Source: Schmidtea polychroa (Eukaryota). From it: DNA of 64,000 nt. Each line of letters opens with the position of its first letter. Position 1 is the stretch's first letter. A program made the position numbers and the translations under genes. The notes beneath the pieces are model-generated. The model was not told where the DNA came from and ran no database searches. It worked only from the letters and a program-made list of their open reading frames with translations. Positions 39,601 to 52,737 of this stretch are shown piece by piece. The DNA lies in contig CM097885.1 in the NCBI GenBank assembly GCA_044892525.1, forward strand, positions 5,582,001 to 5,646,000, written 5' to 3'.

Positions 39601-42600
39601 AAGACAATTTCTTGGGCAGGAAAAAAACTCCACCCAAAACATTCGCGTGTGCACAGCACAGCGTAAGCGGTATAGTTATCCGGCCCGGGAGACATTTTGA
39701 AAATTTCATTTTGAACCGCACTTAAAAGTATTTGCCTACCCCTGATTTTGAGAGATAAATTTTTGAAAGAATTTTGCCAAAACTACTTCATTAATTGAAA
39801 GCGCATAAAATTTGCTATTTTCCATTTTTATCTTATTTTGTTTCTTTACTTTTTGTATCAAAGTTGTGTATCAAGCTGTTATATTGAAAATATTAATTTA
39901 AATTTATTCTTGTAAGTGTTCAATAATGAATCTGTTACACTGTTTGATCTATAATCTCACTCTAAGGTCTTTGAAAAGAAACTTACAAGAAACTTATAAT
40001 GTGTTTGAGAGTTCAGGACACGCCTCTGTTTTTGAAACTGTGGTAAGCGTTATATCAAATTTAAGAAATTATAATTTGCATTTCTTATTGCGGTTTGATC
40101 GTGAAATAATATGTCAAAGTCTTTATATAATTACATTTCATTATTTAATGACGTAATAAATATAATATTTTTAAATCAATTATAATTATTTTGAAATTCT
40201 GATTTTACAATGAGCATAGACATTATTTTACAGATATTTCAATTGTTTGTCATTATAAAATTTGCATATATTAATAGCCGTATTAATACATAATCAAAAT
40301 ATTGACATAAAATCTTTCTCTTATTAGCATTTCAAAATTTTTATCGTTAAAATTGAAACTTCAGAATGGTCCAGAAAAGCCAGAAAGAATATTTAAAGTC
40401 GTTTTCATTGGGGACTCCTCTGTTGGTAAAACAAGTATTATAAAACGATTTTGCAACAATGAATTTCGCAGTGAAGGCTTGGCTAGTACAATTGGTGTTG
40501 ATTTTCAAATAAAATCCATCAGAATCGATGCATATTTCGTGGCACTTCAAATATGGGATACTGCTGGACAGGAGCGGTAAAACATTAAAGGGGTTTGAAT
40601 GTAATGACAACGAAATCGTTTTTCTCAGGTTTCGCAGCATAACTTCACATTATTATCGGAAATCTGATGGAATAGTTATGGTCTATGATATTCTTTCCGA
40701 GTCGTCTTTGGTAAATTTACGGCAATGGATGGAGAATGTTAAAGAAGTAGTTGAAGATGAAACTGTGATATTAGTTCTGGCCAATAAATGTGATATGGTT
40801 CAAGACGAGGAAAATAGAAATCAAGCCAGTCGATTGAAGGAGATTCTTAATGTAAATAGTTTATTATCGCTATCAAGTATTCAAATGTTGTAGGTGGAAA
40901 ATGTTCTATATTTTCAATGCAGCGCTAAAACGGGAGAAAATATAAATGAAGCATTTCAGATCATGGCCAAGTGATTACATTTTTTAATTTTTAATAAATT
41001 TTTAATTATATTATGAATAATTTTTGGAGATAAAATAAATGTATAAAATAATAAAATGAAAATATTAATAAATTAGACCTTTTTGGGAAATACTTTTTTT
41101 CTTTTTCGATTTTATCTGTTGTTTTTGACGTTTTACATATAAAAGGGTGCATTTTAGGGTTATTGCGGTTTGATCGTGAAATAAAATGACAAAGTTATAT
41201 AATCACATTTCATTATTTAATGTAATAAATATAATATTTTTAAATCAATTATAATTATTTTGACATTTGATTTTACAATGAGCATAGACATTTCTTTTTA
41301 CAAATATTTCAATTGTTTGTCATTATAAAGTTTCCACTATATTTTTCAAATATCTCATGGCACATAAAACGATGAATCAAGAAATATTTTTGTCTTAATC
41401 TCAAAACAATGTGATTTAGAGGTTGCAACGTTCTTCAATGTTCTCAAGTTATTTGTCCAGCATCAAAGCGTTGTAATTTTTCAAAAAGGAATTCATAGCC
41501 AATTCTCTAAACTATGTTTGATGCATATGAAACATATGATAATTTGTGATCGTGTAATTTCATTAAATAATCCACAAAATGTTCCCTTGGATGTCCTTTT
41601 CTTTGTTCGGTTGTCTCAAACTTGAGAATGATGTTGTAATCAATATGATTATCTTCGACTATTTTTTCTGTGCGATTGACAAGGAATTGTTGATTATAAA
41701 TCACCTTGACAGTTTCTTAGTTCGATACAAGACCATTTAACAGGTTGATTTTATATTTTGTTTGTGTCATTTATAAATAATTGTAAAAATATGAGCCTAT
41801 TTACATTATTGCTGTTGATATGTGTAGCCAAATTAATTAAATAATTATTATAAATATTATTGATATTTTAATGATTAAATTATTTAAACTTTGTTTAAGT
41901 ATTTTATATATAATATATATTAAAAATTTATTAACAAATGTCTAAAATAATAATATTACATCGAAAATAATAATAATAAAATTAATGTGTTGAGTATGTG
42001 TGTAAAAATAAATAATTTAGGTTTGAAATAATAATAATAATTTACATTTGCATTACCTTTTGTTTGATGTATATATAAGGTGACCAGACGTCCCGATTTA
42101 TCCTGCATCCTGCCAAGTTTTTCAAAAGTCCCGACTTTTAGAATTAAGTTAAATTTTATTTTTATTAAAATCACTGTTTTGCATTCTAAGAATCCTACGG
42201 ACTCCTAAGACTAACATATTGCTTTTCTTACCCAGTTACATTGTATTTGTTTCTCAAATGATACACTTCGTGTTCGTACTGCGTGCTAGGAAGCTAATTA
42301 AACAAATAAATATTACAAATCTGCTACTTACCATAGAAAATTAAGGTAAGTAATTTATTTATATATTTCATAAATACATAAATTTTCTTAAACTTAGCTT
42401 AAAATACTCGTAGTCTTCAATTTTATATATTGATACCAAAAAGGGCGACGCTCTGATATGGGTCACCCGATTTTCAAAAAAATATTTAATTAAAATTAAA
42501 TTAAAATGTATAATTAAATCAATGGTCGCAAGGGTACCCTTGCGACTATTACCCTTGTGAGCCGTACCCATAGGGGGACAGAATATCTTGTCGGATAAAC

Positions 42601-45600
42601 TCTGACTATATATATTAGGGTGGGTCGAAAATTTTTTTTTTCTCCAAACATGCCTAAAAAGTTGTGCTTATGCTAGAAAATGAAATATCCCTGCAAAAGA
42701 CTGCTGTTTAAAAGGGTTTACAGGTCCCAACTTTTGTTTGTATGTATTAGTACTATCCCAGTAAAAATGCTCGCACACGTGCCATTGTAAATTCATCCTG
42801 CAAGCAGTCACACGCTTGCAGAAAGACCATTTTTGACATGCTCTATTCACAAGTCCAAGCTAACGCGTGCATGTATAGAGAGGTTAATTCACGGAAGCAC
42901 CTTCACACAAGCACTCACAAAGACAATTTCTTCTGAACAATACTAACACACACACTACAGTCAACACATAATCCACATGGATACTACTAGTCAGTCTAAA
43001 CTCAGATAATTTAATTTGTTTCGATTGGATGTCAAGTGTTTGCTGGACCTAATTAAAAAAGTTAACTTGATGATTCACTTTTATTTTGCCAGAGCTGAGT
43101 ACAGAAGAGCAGTTATGAAGGGACAGAGAAATAAGCAATTTCGCAAAACAAGAAGTAAATCACGTCATTGTCTGTTTGGTCAAACTTGTGAACTACCCAG
43201 AAACCAATTACCTACTTGTGAAGATGTGTTTCGTGATTACTGTTACAATGAGAAATGTACGCAATTTCATACTGGCTTTAACGAACAAGCAACTCTTCTC
43301 GCAAATAAGGTGAAGGAAATTTATATGAAGGCAAGTATCCCAACTGTTGAGTTCAGTAGTATTGTGGTTCGTGTCAAGCGACTAATATCAAAAGTGCGTG
43401 AATTAGAGAAGTATCCAGAATGCAAGAGGTCATCTGCCAAATTTCAAGATAAGTTAAGCTCGTTTTCCAAATTGTTTAACATATGTTGCTGCAAATGTTT
43501 TAATGATGGTGCTCGTGGAAGAAGTCAGTGTACATGCCGATTGGCCTTGAAAATTCCTACCTTAGAGTGGGAGTTCTGGATTGACCAACAAACTACCAGA
43601 AACATGAAAATCGGAAATACGGACAGACAGGAAACCTCAAAATTGAAGAGAAAACAAACGAAAAGCAGCCCTACAGGAAAAGGAAAACAAATGAAAAATG
43701 AAATAATGGACACTGAAGTTAACGATCTATATCCGACCTCAAGAAGTGACACGGAGAGTGAAGCCGCTAGTGATGAAAGTAAAGATAAGTTAGACAATTC
43801 AACAGAAAGCTCAGAGTCAAGCGTAGAAGAATGTGATGAATTTCAAAATAGAAGACATTATACTGAATTAAGTAAAGCTGTTGACAGATGTGGTGTGAGC
43901 AACAGAGACACGTGTTTGCTAGTAAACGCTTTTCTGAAAGATATGGAACTGTTATCCTCTCAAACAATCATCGATCCCGCAAAATTACGGCGTCAGAGAA
44001 AGTACTGGAGGGAGAGAGAAATTGAACAGCATTCAGCAGAAGCGAAAAACTTGATTTGCCTCGGTTTCGACGGGAAACAAGATTCCACTTTACTTCATAG
44101 AAGGATCCTAAAAGAGGAGCATTATGTGATTGTCGCCTTTCCAGGGGATACATATATCGATCATGTTGTACCTCAAAGTAGTAAAGCTGTGGATATTGGC
44201 AAAGAAATCATGTCAATCATCGTTAGCACGCAGTCCTCACTGACCCTTCAAGCAATTGTGTGCGATGGAACCAATACAAACACCGGAAAAAATAATGGAA
44301 TAATCAGAAGACTCGAAAAAAGCCTAGGGTGACCTCTACAATGGCTGATATGCTTGTTGCATGCAAATGAATTGCCATTCAGGAAGTATTTTTCAGTCGT
44401 CGATGGTGGAGAAACAAAAGGTCCAAAAACGTCATGTGGTGAAATAGGAAGCGTTCTTGATTTTGATCCAAAAGACAAGCCCGTAGTAGCCTTTATGTCC
44501 CTTCCTGGAAAGGTCGTAGATATTAGTGAAAATGTCAAGAAAGAATTGAACACTGATCAATTGTATTTCCTCAGAGTATGCTTGGCAGTCCAGAAAGGGT
44601 ACCACAACAACAAGGATGTCCCTTTTCTACAAATGGCACAACCAGGAAATTTGAATCACAGTCGCTGGCTAACGAAAGCTAATAGAATTCTGCGACTATA
44701 TATGTCCGAAACTGCTCCATCTGAACCTCTCATGCGAATAGTGAAATTTATTGTCAATTTCTATGGACCGTCATGGTTTTATATAAAGACTTACTCGTCA
44801 TGCCAAGATGGTGCAAGAAATATTTTTTATATGCTCCAACTTCTGCAGGATTTGGATCCATCAGACCAAGAAATCATCTTTCCTGTCATTCAGAACAACA
44901 ATTACTTCTCACATCCAGAAAATATACTCCTAGCTGCTGTTGGTGATGATGATGAAGAAATCAGAAAGTTTGCAACAGAAAAAATCATAACTGCAAGACA
45001 AATTTTTCTCCCTTCCGAAGTGATTCGCACTATGGACAAGAATACTGTTTTTCTTCAGTCGTCTGCTACATCATATGTTGACATGATTGACTGGACAAAA
45101 TGTAATTTGACGCCTCCCCCTCTTTTATCTCATATATTGGATCATGAATTGAAGATGAATAAGAAAATTACATTAGAACAATTTCCCTGTCATTCTCAAG
45201 CCGTTGAAAGAGCCATCAAAGATGTTTCTTCTGCCAGTTGCAAAGTGTTTGGTCACAAGTCCAGACATGGTATGGTACTACTGTGTAAAAAATCAAGGAA
45301 GGAATTGCCCAAGGTGCAAAGCAAAGCTGATTTCATGTGACTTCTTTTTATGCCCTCGCTAATACATTTCTAAACTTTTGGCTGGATGTTTTTAATAAAA
45401 AATAATTTCGAAAGTTGATTTTTGTCTTTGAAAAGGATAATTCAAATTTGGCCCTTCCTAATCACTGACGTTGTCAGGATATATTTCAATGCGGGATGAG
45501 GACACAGAATATACTATCTCAGCCCAAGAGAGTAAATAATATACTTATAAGCTCTTAAGAAAGCTACATCTAAATATGGACAAAGGCGCAAAACACATTC

Positions 45601-46125
45601 CGACACTAGCCAAATTACATTGTTTTCACACTTATGTTGAACTGCATTTTCGGAGAAAAGTTGGGAGCAGTAAATGTCCATAAATCTAAGTAAAATGGTT
45701 TGATTCGATTTTTCTATACCAAAATACAACTTTTTAACCATGTTTCCTTTCTTGAACTCAAAATTTATTAACATTTGACCCACCCTAATATATATTGCAG
45801 TAAAATCAAATTGCAGTAATACCCCAATTTGGGGGGGGGGGTATACTTCAGTTTACCCAAATTATTTTAATTATTAAATATTTTTTTGAAAATCGGGTGA
45901 CCCATATCAGAGCGTCGCCCCAAAAAGTATATCACTGGCCCTAATCTTAAAAGAAATTTTAGAAAGAAATATAAAAATAAAATTTTGCAAATATTTTAAG
46001 TTAATCAAACTGATAATATGTCAAGGAATAAAATATTATACAATTTTTTATATTTATAAATTGTACTTATGTTAAAAATCAAAAAATATTACCATATTAT
46101 TTTTATTCTATATAAAAATTTTTGT

Positions 46126-46181
<56 letters not shown>

Positions 46182-49100
46182 TATAAACTTTTTAAAATTT
46201 AAACCTCGGACCCTTTGACCTTTAAGAGTATGACCATCACAGCCCCGTACCGTGACACCTTTTGACGGGGGGGCCCAGACTCATTAAAGGGGCCAGTAAT
46301 TCTCGTGTAAACTAAGTATTTTATGAAAACAGACTAGTCACTACTCACACTTTGCACTCCGAAATGTTCAATTTAAAAAAAAGGAAAGCAAAATCGACAT
46401 TTTGTCTGAGCATTATTTTGCTACATTATTGCATATACTAGTATATAGGAAATGATTTTCGCACATTTTTTAGGAACAAACACAAAAAACAAATAGCTGC
46501 ATGTATTTGCACGACGGACAATTGGACATACAAAGACAGAACACACAGTCACACAGATTTGAAAACTAAAGGTGAGTGCAAAAGAAATTACACAGGAACT
46601 AGATCCAGAAAAAAGAAATTACGTGTGTGAGATATCGACATGACTCAAAATAGCTGCAGAACTTGGAATTCCTCTTCATTGCGTAGGCTGCGAATGCGCT
46701 CTATGACGGCATCCATAACATCACATGCTGAAGAAAGGTCCATTGCTTGACCCTGCAAGCTATTGTTGGCTGTTTCAAGGATAGTCAGCAATGAGAGCAC
46801 CATGTGTGCAATGAACTGAAACTCCACTTCATTGACTCGATGCAAGAGTCCAGTAGCTTCCAATTGAATATCAATTGAAAAGTGAGAATGTCTACTAGAA
46901 CACATCTCAAGCAAATTCACAATTGTATCATAATTAGTTGTTATTGCCTGAGTCGTCTGCAAGTGTCCTGTCCAACGATGTTCCATGAGCCGTGTCAATT
47001 TATCGCCTTGATATATGGCCACAACCTTAGGATATGACAAAAATGTGTATAAGTTTCTGCATATGTCGAAGAAGTCCCGCAGTTTTTGGCTCTCAGAAAC
47101 GGCACACACAACAACCAAATGCAACTTGTGGTTGAAGCAATGGACATACGGAATTTCTATTTGTAGACGCTCCTGAAGCAAGGCCTGCACCCCACCATGC
47201 TGTCCAGACATAACAGCGGCTCCATCATAGCATTGGGAGATTATATTTTTAGGATCCAACTGAGCCTCTTTCAAGGTTGTCAAAATTACATCTGTGAAGG
47301 CCTCTGCATTGAGAGAAATTGTTCGGGAAATGCAGATTAAGTGCTCCTGAGGTTGTCCTGCTGAGACAAACCTTATGGCAATCGACACATTCTCAGTCCC
47401 TGTTCGATCTTTGGTACCATCCACCTTCAGAGTAAAATATTCAACATCCGCAGACTTGCACTTCTTAACAATTGACTCTTGCACTATTGATGCCATTAAC
47501 GCGATAATTTCATTTTGAATTCGAGGTGATGTGTACGTGGCAATTTTGGGAATCGTTTTAATGATTCGAGCCAGCTCAGGATTTTTCTTAACAGTGTATT
47601 CGAAGAGACGTAAAAATAGACCACACGGAAGCTTATCATCCTCATCAATATCATCTCTACTGAAACTGTCACCACGAAAGGCTAATTCATTTGTCACAAG
47701 AAACTTTACAACGTCAACGATTTCGTTGACATAATAATGGTTGTTCTTCAGCTGTGTTTCATTAATCAAAGTGCAAACTTCCTCACCTTTTTCACATCTC
47801 AGCTGTTTCTCTTTCCAGCGTTCCATGGCATGGATGTGGCCAGCAGAAGATTCATGCTTTTGAAAACCTTTTCCTTTTTCTAAAGCCAATTTCCAATTTC
47901 GGAATCCTCCTGTTCTGAAAGCACTTTCGCCAGCAGAGCCGGGCAATGAAAATTTTCTACAGCAAAAGCAGAAGACTGCATCTTTCTCAATAGAGTACTC
48001 CAAATATGGTCCTCCAAAAATGAGCGTTCCCTTGAACCAAACGAAGTCTTTGGGAAATTTACATCAGTTGGCTGGCGTGGCATTTCTTCACCCAGATCAC
48101 ATTTAGTAGATGACAGAGTCTTAGCAGGTGCACAAGAAGATAAGGACATCACTGCACTGTCACGGATACATGAAATAGCAGGTACAGATGAAGGACTAGC
48201 ACAAGTTGAGGACATAGTAGCAGAGATACTATCACTGAATGAAGTGACTGAAGTCACAGAATTCTTTGGAATGACGTGGAAGAAATTCATGATACTCTTT
48301 TGTGTCGACATGTTCTAATACGATGAAAATAATGTTACAAAATATGATCAATTAACATGTCACTCTGCCATAGGAGTGAGTTGAGTATAATGACATGTGA
48401 TGTGCTCTCATTGGCCTATCTCTCTACCATCGTATAAAGACCACAATGCACCCACTCCGTGCTCTGACACTCAATCATGCCTCCATGCGTTGTTACTGCC
48501 TGTGAGGCAGGAAAGACAGACAGCACGCACCCTACCCACGCCACCGACTTCACATGCCAGTCTCTTCCAGTGAGGCAGATAGATGGAACATCCTACCCCC
48601 GTCCATACTACATAAACCTCTACATGTGCAACTCATGCACACCCATGTCAATGCATGTGTGCACGATAGCAATTTTTCTATTATCAAACATATTGAATGT
48701 AATGCAGTGATTCACATTAGAGCAACTGTTGTCGACAACGTTTGGTATCGACAATTGTTGCGCTGTTAACATTTGGTGTTAAGCAATCCTGTGAGGCTAA
48801 TATTTTAATTGTCCAGCACTACCCTTTAACGATTTGGGGAAATTTATAGACACACTCCGGGGTTCGAATTCCGTACACATCTGAGAAATTTCGCGACATG
48901 TAACATTGCTTTACTAATTTAAAAGACCTCACCACCCATTGAAAGTTTTGTTAGAGAATCTTTATTAACTTAAGAAAATGATTAAGTCTCAGTTAATTAG
49001 GATACGAGAAAGTTTTTATTTAGTGAAATTTAAAACGATGCTCCGACTTTAATTAAAAGGTTTCTTTAGGATTCGGCCCATTATATAGTGCTTATTAGAT

Positions 49101-50694
49101 CATTTATGGTACATGAATAAATGTAATTGTTTATTTCATTTTCACCTTGAAGTAAAACCATCATTTTTTATTCATGTCCGTTTTTTTATTTGGGGGGGCC
49201 AGACTTGCGTTTGGGGGGGCCAGACTTGCGTTTGGGGGGGCGGGCCCTCCTGGGCCCCCCGACGGTACGGGCCTGGACCATCATACTTACCTTTTTATTA
49301 ACTTTTGTTTGATACATGTTTTAAAAATTTGAACCTTGGACCCTTGTTTAAATGTCTTTGTTTAAAAAAAGTGATTAGTCATGCCGATGAGTCATTGGCT
49401 TTGTTCCAAAATAGATGTCTTTGTTCTGAAATGATGAGTCACGTGGCCTTGATGAGTCATCAGGGTATGCGATGCGTCATGGAGCACACTTCCTTCTACT
49501 CCGGAGTCTTAATTAATTTTTTTATTTCACTTTTCTTAGAAATTAAATCTAGCCATTATCTTCTATATATAGTCAACAATTCGGGTGACGAAATTAATTC
49601 TCCCTCATTTTGAACTTAATTTGGTACCCGAAATAACAGTCTGTTAATTCTTTTTAATGGCTCTTATAATATATTCACCAAAATCAAAATGCTTACCAAC
49701 ATCCGTTAATTTCTCTCCTTTCGTCAAACAATCTAAAATTGGAATTTTAATTTCCATAGAAATCCCCGTTCGTTTGTGATTCTTTTTTTCTCATCGAATA
49801 AAATCAATTTTGAAATTCCTAGAAAACATTTTCATTTAAATTTCAAAAAATTCAAACAATAAATTTCAAAAATAAAATAGGTTTTATTTAGATTACATTT
49901 ATAGAAAAAAAAATTTTAAATTTTTTACCTTTTTCTAATAAAAACAAAACAACTGACATTAAATTACGACAGAAACAGTTTATAAAAAAATCGTATAAAA
50001 ACAGAATTGCAGAAATGGCTCAGCTATTTATTTATTTGAATTATATCTTTATAATATATTCCGCCACTGATGAGCTATTATTAGTTTACAAAATGGAATT
50101 TTTGTGTATTTAAAAATATTAAGCACAAAGTGCAACAAATTTGCTATTTATTTTACTATTTTTCCTCCACAAATCGATATAATGAAAAATTGCCAAAATA
50201 AAATCTTAGCAAAGATTAAACAAATATTTATCGACTTCGTTGGGAATTTTGCGCTCGCTGTCCTTTCGAAAAAGATTGCGGTTTTATCGATTTTTGAGTT
50301 CCAAACGTCATTTGCGTGTGACTATAGTTTTAGATAAATATCTTAAAAGGACAGAAAATATTAGTTGGGGAATCTCTATAAATAGCTACACAATCTAATA
50401 TTGGCAGAAATAAGCACTTCTTTGTATTGCACCGTGACTGTGTTTACATAGCTTGGCATTGTTTTATTGGTAATTTCTGTGCTAACTTCCCAGTCAATAA
50501 TGTTACAAATTCTATTGATTATGTCTTTCATTTGGTTTCGGGTGAGTCATTTCCATTCCTTTTCTTCCGCTCGTCGTCCATGCAATTAATAAAGCCTTTA
50601 TTAATTCAGGAATCTCACAAGCAAGGAAAATAACGACTTGAAAACCTCCATCAAACTGGAAATCAGTAGCAAAAAAGGCTGCTGTGGTCGATAG
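33665..50694 (+). CDS. CRACR2A: CRACR2A/EFCAB4B (Rab46)-like large Rab GTPase (EF-hands, coiled coil, Rab domain). Predicted exons: 33665-33878, 33925-34066, 35425-35571, 35610-35700, 35747-35842, 35884-36143, 36762-36953, 36995-37213, 37255-37312, 40365-40576, 40629-40851, 40894-40970, 50610-50694
   Basis: EF-hands [14 protein letters not shown] and [14 protein letters not shown]. Coiled coil [21 protein letters not shown]. Rab motifs [35 protein letters not shown]-terminus KKGCCGR*. GT-AG introns with consistent phases. RASEF and RAB44 are alternative orthology calls. Confidence 0.85.
36162..36177 (-). terminator. Histone 3' stem-loop
   Basis: Minus strand GGCCCT CTTT AGGGCC followed by ACA, 22 nt after the H2A stop codon; 6-bp stem and 4-nt loop. 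Confidence 0.92.
36200..36580 (-). CDS. H2A: Canonical (replication-dependent type) histone H2A, nested antisense in intron 6 of the CRACR2A-like gene
   Basis: 126 aa, SGRGK...[12 protein letters not shown]...[32 protein letters not shown]...LLPKKT; intronless. Confidence 0.98.
   Translation of the reverse strand: MSGRGKSGGKTRTKAKTRSSRAGLQFPVGRIHRKLRKGNYAERIGSGAPVYLAAVLEYLAAEVLELAGNAARDNKKTRIIPRHLQLAIRNDEELNKLLGGVTIAQGGVLPNIQAILLPKKTPKESS
38154..39744. mobile_element. Non-autonomous hAT (Buster/SPIN-type TIR), intronic
   Basis: TIRs CAGGGGTGGGCAAA / TTTGCCTACCCCTG; 8-bp flanks ATCTTGAG / ATTTTGAG. Confidence 0.8.
38416..39267 (+). mobile_element. Tc1/IS630-like non-autonomous element nested in the hAT element
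   Basis: TIR CACCTAACTGCGAAAGTTA at both ends, TA on both flanks; interior homologous to 60239-61377. Confidence 0.85.
40085..41329 (+). repeat. Pair of ~170-bp direct repeats (40085-40259 and 41160-41329) flanking the Rab-domain exons
   Basis: Both begin TTATTGCGGTTTGATCGTGAAATAA and end ...TTGTTTGTCATTATAAA. Confidence 0.85.
42444..45919. mobile_element. Merlin-like MITE split by a hATm insertion
   Basis: ~47-bp perfect TIR GGCGACGCTCTGATATGGGTCACCCGATTTTCAAAAAAATATTTAAT; 8-bp TSD CCAAAAAG at 42436-42443 and 45920-45927. GG termini with an 8-bp TSD fit Merlin. Confidence 0.75.
42616..45787 (+). mobile_element. Near-intact hATm-type DNA transposon; transposase ~43115-45340 with a single TGA at 44330-44332
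   Basis: TIRs TAGGGTGGGTC.AA / TT.GACCCACCCTA; 8-bp TSD ATATATAT. Motifs [52 protein letters not shown]. Confidence 0.88.
46128..46175. repeat. (TA)n microsatellite
   Basis: Perfect TA run. Confidence 0.95.
46240..49275 (-). mobile_element. hAT transposon with a ZMYM1-like (TTF zinc finger/DUF4371) transposase, frameshifted and C-terminally truncated (48311-46645)
   Basis: TIRs CAGCCCCGTACCGT / ACGGTACGGGCCTG; 8-bp TSD GACCATCA (46232-46239, 49276-49283). Motifs [61 protein letters not shown]. Frameshift near 48010; no dimerisation domain seen. Confidence 0.92.
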
Positions 50695-52233
50695 GGTACT
50701 TTTTGTGAAATATTTGCTAAGATTTATCGGGAAAATGTTGTCATATCTCTTTGTTGTATATTGGTTAACTATTTGGTATTTCGCTCGTGTTTCTGGCTCG
50801 TTGCCATATTTTAATGATAAATTATTGGTTAGATTTGATTGGTTTATATTTTCGTTTATTATAATTTTTATGCAATTTTATTAAATAAAATGAGATAATT
50901 TTGAAATTTTATTGTAAATTAGTAATGAAATTGATTGATTGGTTGATTGTGCGTGCGTGCGTGTAGGTGGGTGGGTGAGTGAAAGGTGATTGCACAATTG
51001 ATTAAGATTTCTAAATATATCGCTTGCATATGTTGAATACTCACAATTCCTAATAATTTGTTTTAAATTAACTTTTGATTGTCTTTTAATTAGCAGAAAG
51101 GGAAATCAGGAGTGCACTTGTGACAATCAACTAATTAGATAAATTTTTGAAATCAAATCTGTCACACGGCTTATGACAGAATGATAAAGATTGAACTTTA
51201 CACTATGTAACAATTTATGATCGGTTTCTTCAGGTTGAGGCAACGAAACAATGTTAAGCTCAAAATTGTTTGTGATTAGTTATTAGTCTTTGTAATATTT
51301 CGAGTCGTATTATTTTCTCCAGTGACTTACAGCAGGGGTTGCCTCTGTGTTTCATTTATTTACTAAAGGTCCTAGTCGATTTGGTGATATGTTATTTCTA
51401 TTTTGTTGAGGATACCTAAATAACAATTGAGAATTAAATAAATAAAATTAGCTGGTGGAAGATCCTCATGATCTATGGGAACTCAGAAAAGAAAGCGGAA
51501 GAGGAAGAAAACAAAAGGTATCAAACATGAAAATAAAAACAAAGGTCAGTACTAATTAATATAATACCATAATTTTTCAGAAGGCATCGTTTGTTATCAA
51601 AAGCTGTTGCAATACAAAAAGTACAACGACATAATCAGAGGGCCCAAAAATTCCAGAATAATAGATCAAACTTAACGACAGTCAAACGTGTTAATTATAC
51701 GAGTATACATAAGATAAATAGCAATTAGTGCAATCAGATATCCCAATAAATTACATAATGCAGGGATATATCTCTCGTACTTACAAACAATTATATTCTT
51801 TACGGGGCCTGTGCGAGCCCTTTTTGAACTTTTTTTGTCAAAATCAGAACTTTGAAAGAGATTCATGAAAATGAAAACAATTTATTATAGCATTTAATTA
51901 TTACAAGCAGTGCGCATTTTAATTATCTTTCAAACAAAATTATAAATAAAATACACTATTGATATGATTTTTTTGTCCTATTGAGCACTAAGTTTGGGCA
52001 CTGTTTCCAATCGTATGTAGATATACAGAAGTTAAGAATATAAAATAATTCTAATATTTATTTACAAAAAATGCTTGCTGCATCAATGCTACCAGGTAAT
52101 TAAAGAAAAAATGTTCAAGTTTAGTACTGTGTAACTCAATAACGTTTAAATCAAGTTGATTTTCTAGAGGAGTCACTGAAAGGCATAAAGAATTGTAATA
52201 ATATATTCTGCAAATATTATAACTGACCTTTTC

Positions 52234-52737
52234 TTATATCGTCTTCACTGTTTCTACCTTTAGTACTTTCAAGAAATAATCATTTGTCCTGGATGGTATC
52301 GTTTCATTTGAATCATTTATGTACTTTTGCAAGTCTTCCAGGATGTCTTCTGTAAATGTCATGCTAAAATGAACATCAATTGGAAATTTTTTCATTTTGA
52401 ATTGTTCTTGGAATATTTTTTCGGCATGAAGTTTTTGGTAAAATATTTTCATAATATCGTTGTGCCATAATCTATCTGCAGTAATCACTTCTTTGGAATA
52501 AATTTTGGGAGTTATCAAAGGTTTAAAAGGAAAGAAAGGATCGTTTTGCTCGTCATCATCAGCATCATCCTCAAATAGCGGTTTAGAAGAGTGTTTTTCA
52601 AATGGTTTGATCACTAAGCGGAATGGTTCGTCCTCGTTATAACAATTCAATGTATATTCTGATTGCACCTTTGGAGCATAGGTTATTAAGATTCCAAGGA
52701 ACAATAAAATCGTAATATTCATAATTTTATTCAACAT
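52234..52737 (-). CDS. First exon of an uncharacterised secreted protein
   Basis: N-terminal hydrophobic signal (ITILLFLGILITYA..QSE). The ORF runs into a plausible donor (AAG|GTAGAA) near 52258; a possible further exon lies near 51866-51783. Confidence 0.55.
   Translation of the reverse strand: MLNKIMNITILLFLGILITYAPKVQSEYTLNCYNEDEPFRLVIKPFEKHSSKPLFEDDADDDEQNDPFFPFKPLITPKIYSKEVITADRLWHNDIMKIFYQKLHAEKIFQEQFKMKKFPIDVHFSMTFTEDILEDLQKYINDSNETIPSRTNDYFLKVLKVETVKTI

Noticed and set aside
42077..42140. Complete hAT element starting TAAGGTGACCAGACGTCCCG
   Set aside because: Only one terminus found; no partner TIR or TSD.
48855..48880. tRNA/SINE B-box (GGTTCGAATTCC)
   Set aside because: No A-box at a suitable distance and no cloverleaf; it lies inside the hAT element.
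50064..50096. Second hammerhead (CCACTGATGAGCTATTATTAG)
   Set aside because: No GAAA core or stem III follows; at most a decayed relic.
51223..51258. Hammerhead-like GTTG-AGG-CAAC-GAAAC-AAT-GTT
   Set aside because: The required CTGANGA is absent from this strand; it appears only as its reverse complement.
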